Virus record (IMG/VR): IMGVR_UViG_3300011423_000004
Coordinates: 1-46,253 of that record
Source of the DNA: a virus
Taxonomy: Duplodnaviria > Caudoviricetes
DNA: 46,253 nucleotides
Direction: 5' to 3' (one strand)
Shown here: positions 45,592 to 46,253 of the stretch, in pieces
Position numbering within the stretch: the stretch's first letter is position 1
How the letters are laid out: each line of letters starts with the position of its first letter
The notes under the pieces: model-generated
Databases searched by the model: none
Seen by the model: the letters and a program-made list of their open reading frames with translations, nothing else
Told to the model about the DNA's origin: nothing
Program-made: the position numbers and the translations under genes

Positions 45592-46253
45592 CTATTCTCC
45601 GAGTAATGCCGTACGAATCGTGGGATCAGGAATCTTCACACTTCCATTGTAGTAAGTATCGATATGACTTGATTTCTTAGGATTGATATAGTAAACTCCC
45701 CATTTAGCAATTGGCGGAAATCCAGTCACATTAGGATCTACTGCACCCAAAATCAGCTTATTGATTTCGATTAGACAGGTACAATACATTTGTGCATCGA
45801 ATGTCCATTTAGCCCACTTGATGTGCTTAGGATCCAGTCCATCTCCGTAGTCTGCATGTAATACAGTGTATTGGCTACCTGCTGGCAGTGTAATCCATAT
45901 CTTTTTGGTCAGTGAATCGTTGGAAACTTGGATGTATCGGAAGCTGTTACGGTCCAAATTAGCCCAAAATGCCTCGATTTTCCAGCTTAATTCGGGTCTA
46001 GCAAAGACTCCATTGAATAACATGAATCCTGACCAATCCGCGATGAGCAGATAGTCGATATTCACGCCACCCGAGTCAAGGACTGATGCGATGCCATGTA
46101 CTGGTGCGCCAACACCCTGATCGATGACTTCTTCCTGCCATGTAGCAGGTTCATCTCTATTGTCTGAATACGCGTATGTACGTGATCTCTTGAAAAGATA
46201 CAGAATATCACGGAATTCCTGCACATTAGTGAGTGGATTACCATCTAATGGTA
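45592..46253 (-). CDS. Tail nozzle-like protein, C-terminal part
   Basis: In-frame continuation of 1..1609 across the circular junction; ends ...PTIRTALLGE*. Confidence 0.75.
   Translation of the reverse strand, partial: PLDGNPLTNVQEFRDILYLFKRSRTYAYSDNRDEPATWQEEVIDQGVGAPVHGIASVLDSGGVNIDYLLIADWSGFMLFNGVFARPELSWKIEAFWANLDRNSFRYIQVSNDSLTKKIWITLPAGSQYTVLHADYGDGLDPKHIKWAKWTFDAQMYCTCLIEINKLILGAVDPNVTGFPPIAKWGVYYINPKKSSHIDTYYNGSVKIPDPTIRTALLGE
46131..46253. repeat. 123-bp exact direct terminal repeat (copy 2)
   Basis: Identical to 1-123. Confidence 0.95.

Overview
The window appears to be a complete, circularly permuted tailed-phage genome of about 46,130 bp. Bases 1-123 are identical to 46131-46253, and one tail gene reads through that junction. 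The organisation is podovirus-like, with no tape-measure, tail-tube or sheath gene. The minus-strand late arm runs from about 16.9 kb down to 1 and continues from 46.1 kb down to 34.5 kb. It encodes an HTH/TerS candidate, Ig/LamG/lipoprotein accessory genes, TerL, an ADP-ribosyltransferase-like protein, portal, scaffold, major capsid, two paralogous decoration proteins, tail adaptor and nozzle, two fibres, a GNAT-like protein and three ejection-type proteins. The plus-strand early/replication arm (17.3-34.5 kb) encodes many small Cys-rich proteins, a SprT-protease/SNF2 fusion, tRNA-Leu(UAA), a Cas4-like nuclease/Sak4/SSB module, two cold-shock proteins, a UDG-PolA fusion and a DUF3987-like P-loop protein. 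I recognised no integrase, RNA polymerase, primase or endolysin. The most unusual signals are a co-oriented GCTGTGCR motif array bracketing one early gene, a structured-RNA cassette around a 63% acidic peptide next to a cold-shock gene, the SprT-SNF2 fusion, the head-module ART and divergent PolA active-site motifs. All family calls come from motif recognition by eye, not database searches.
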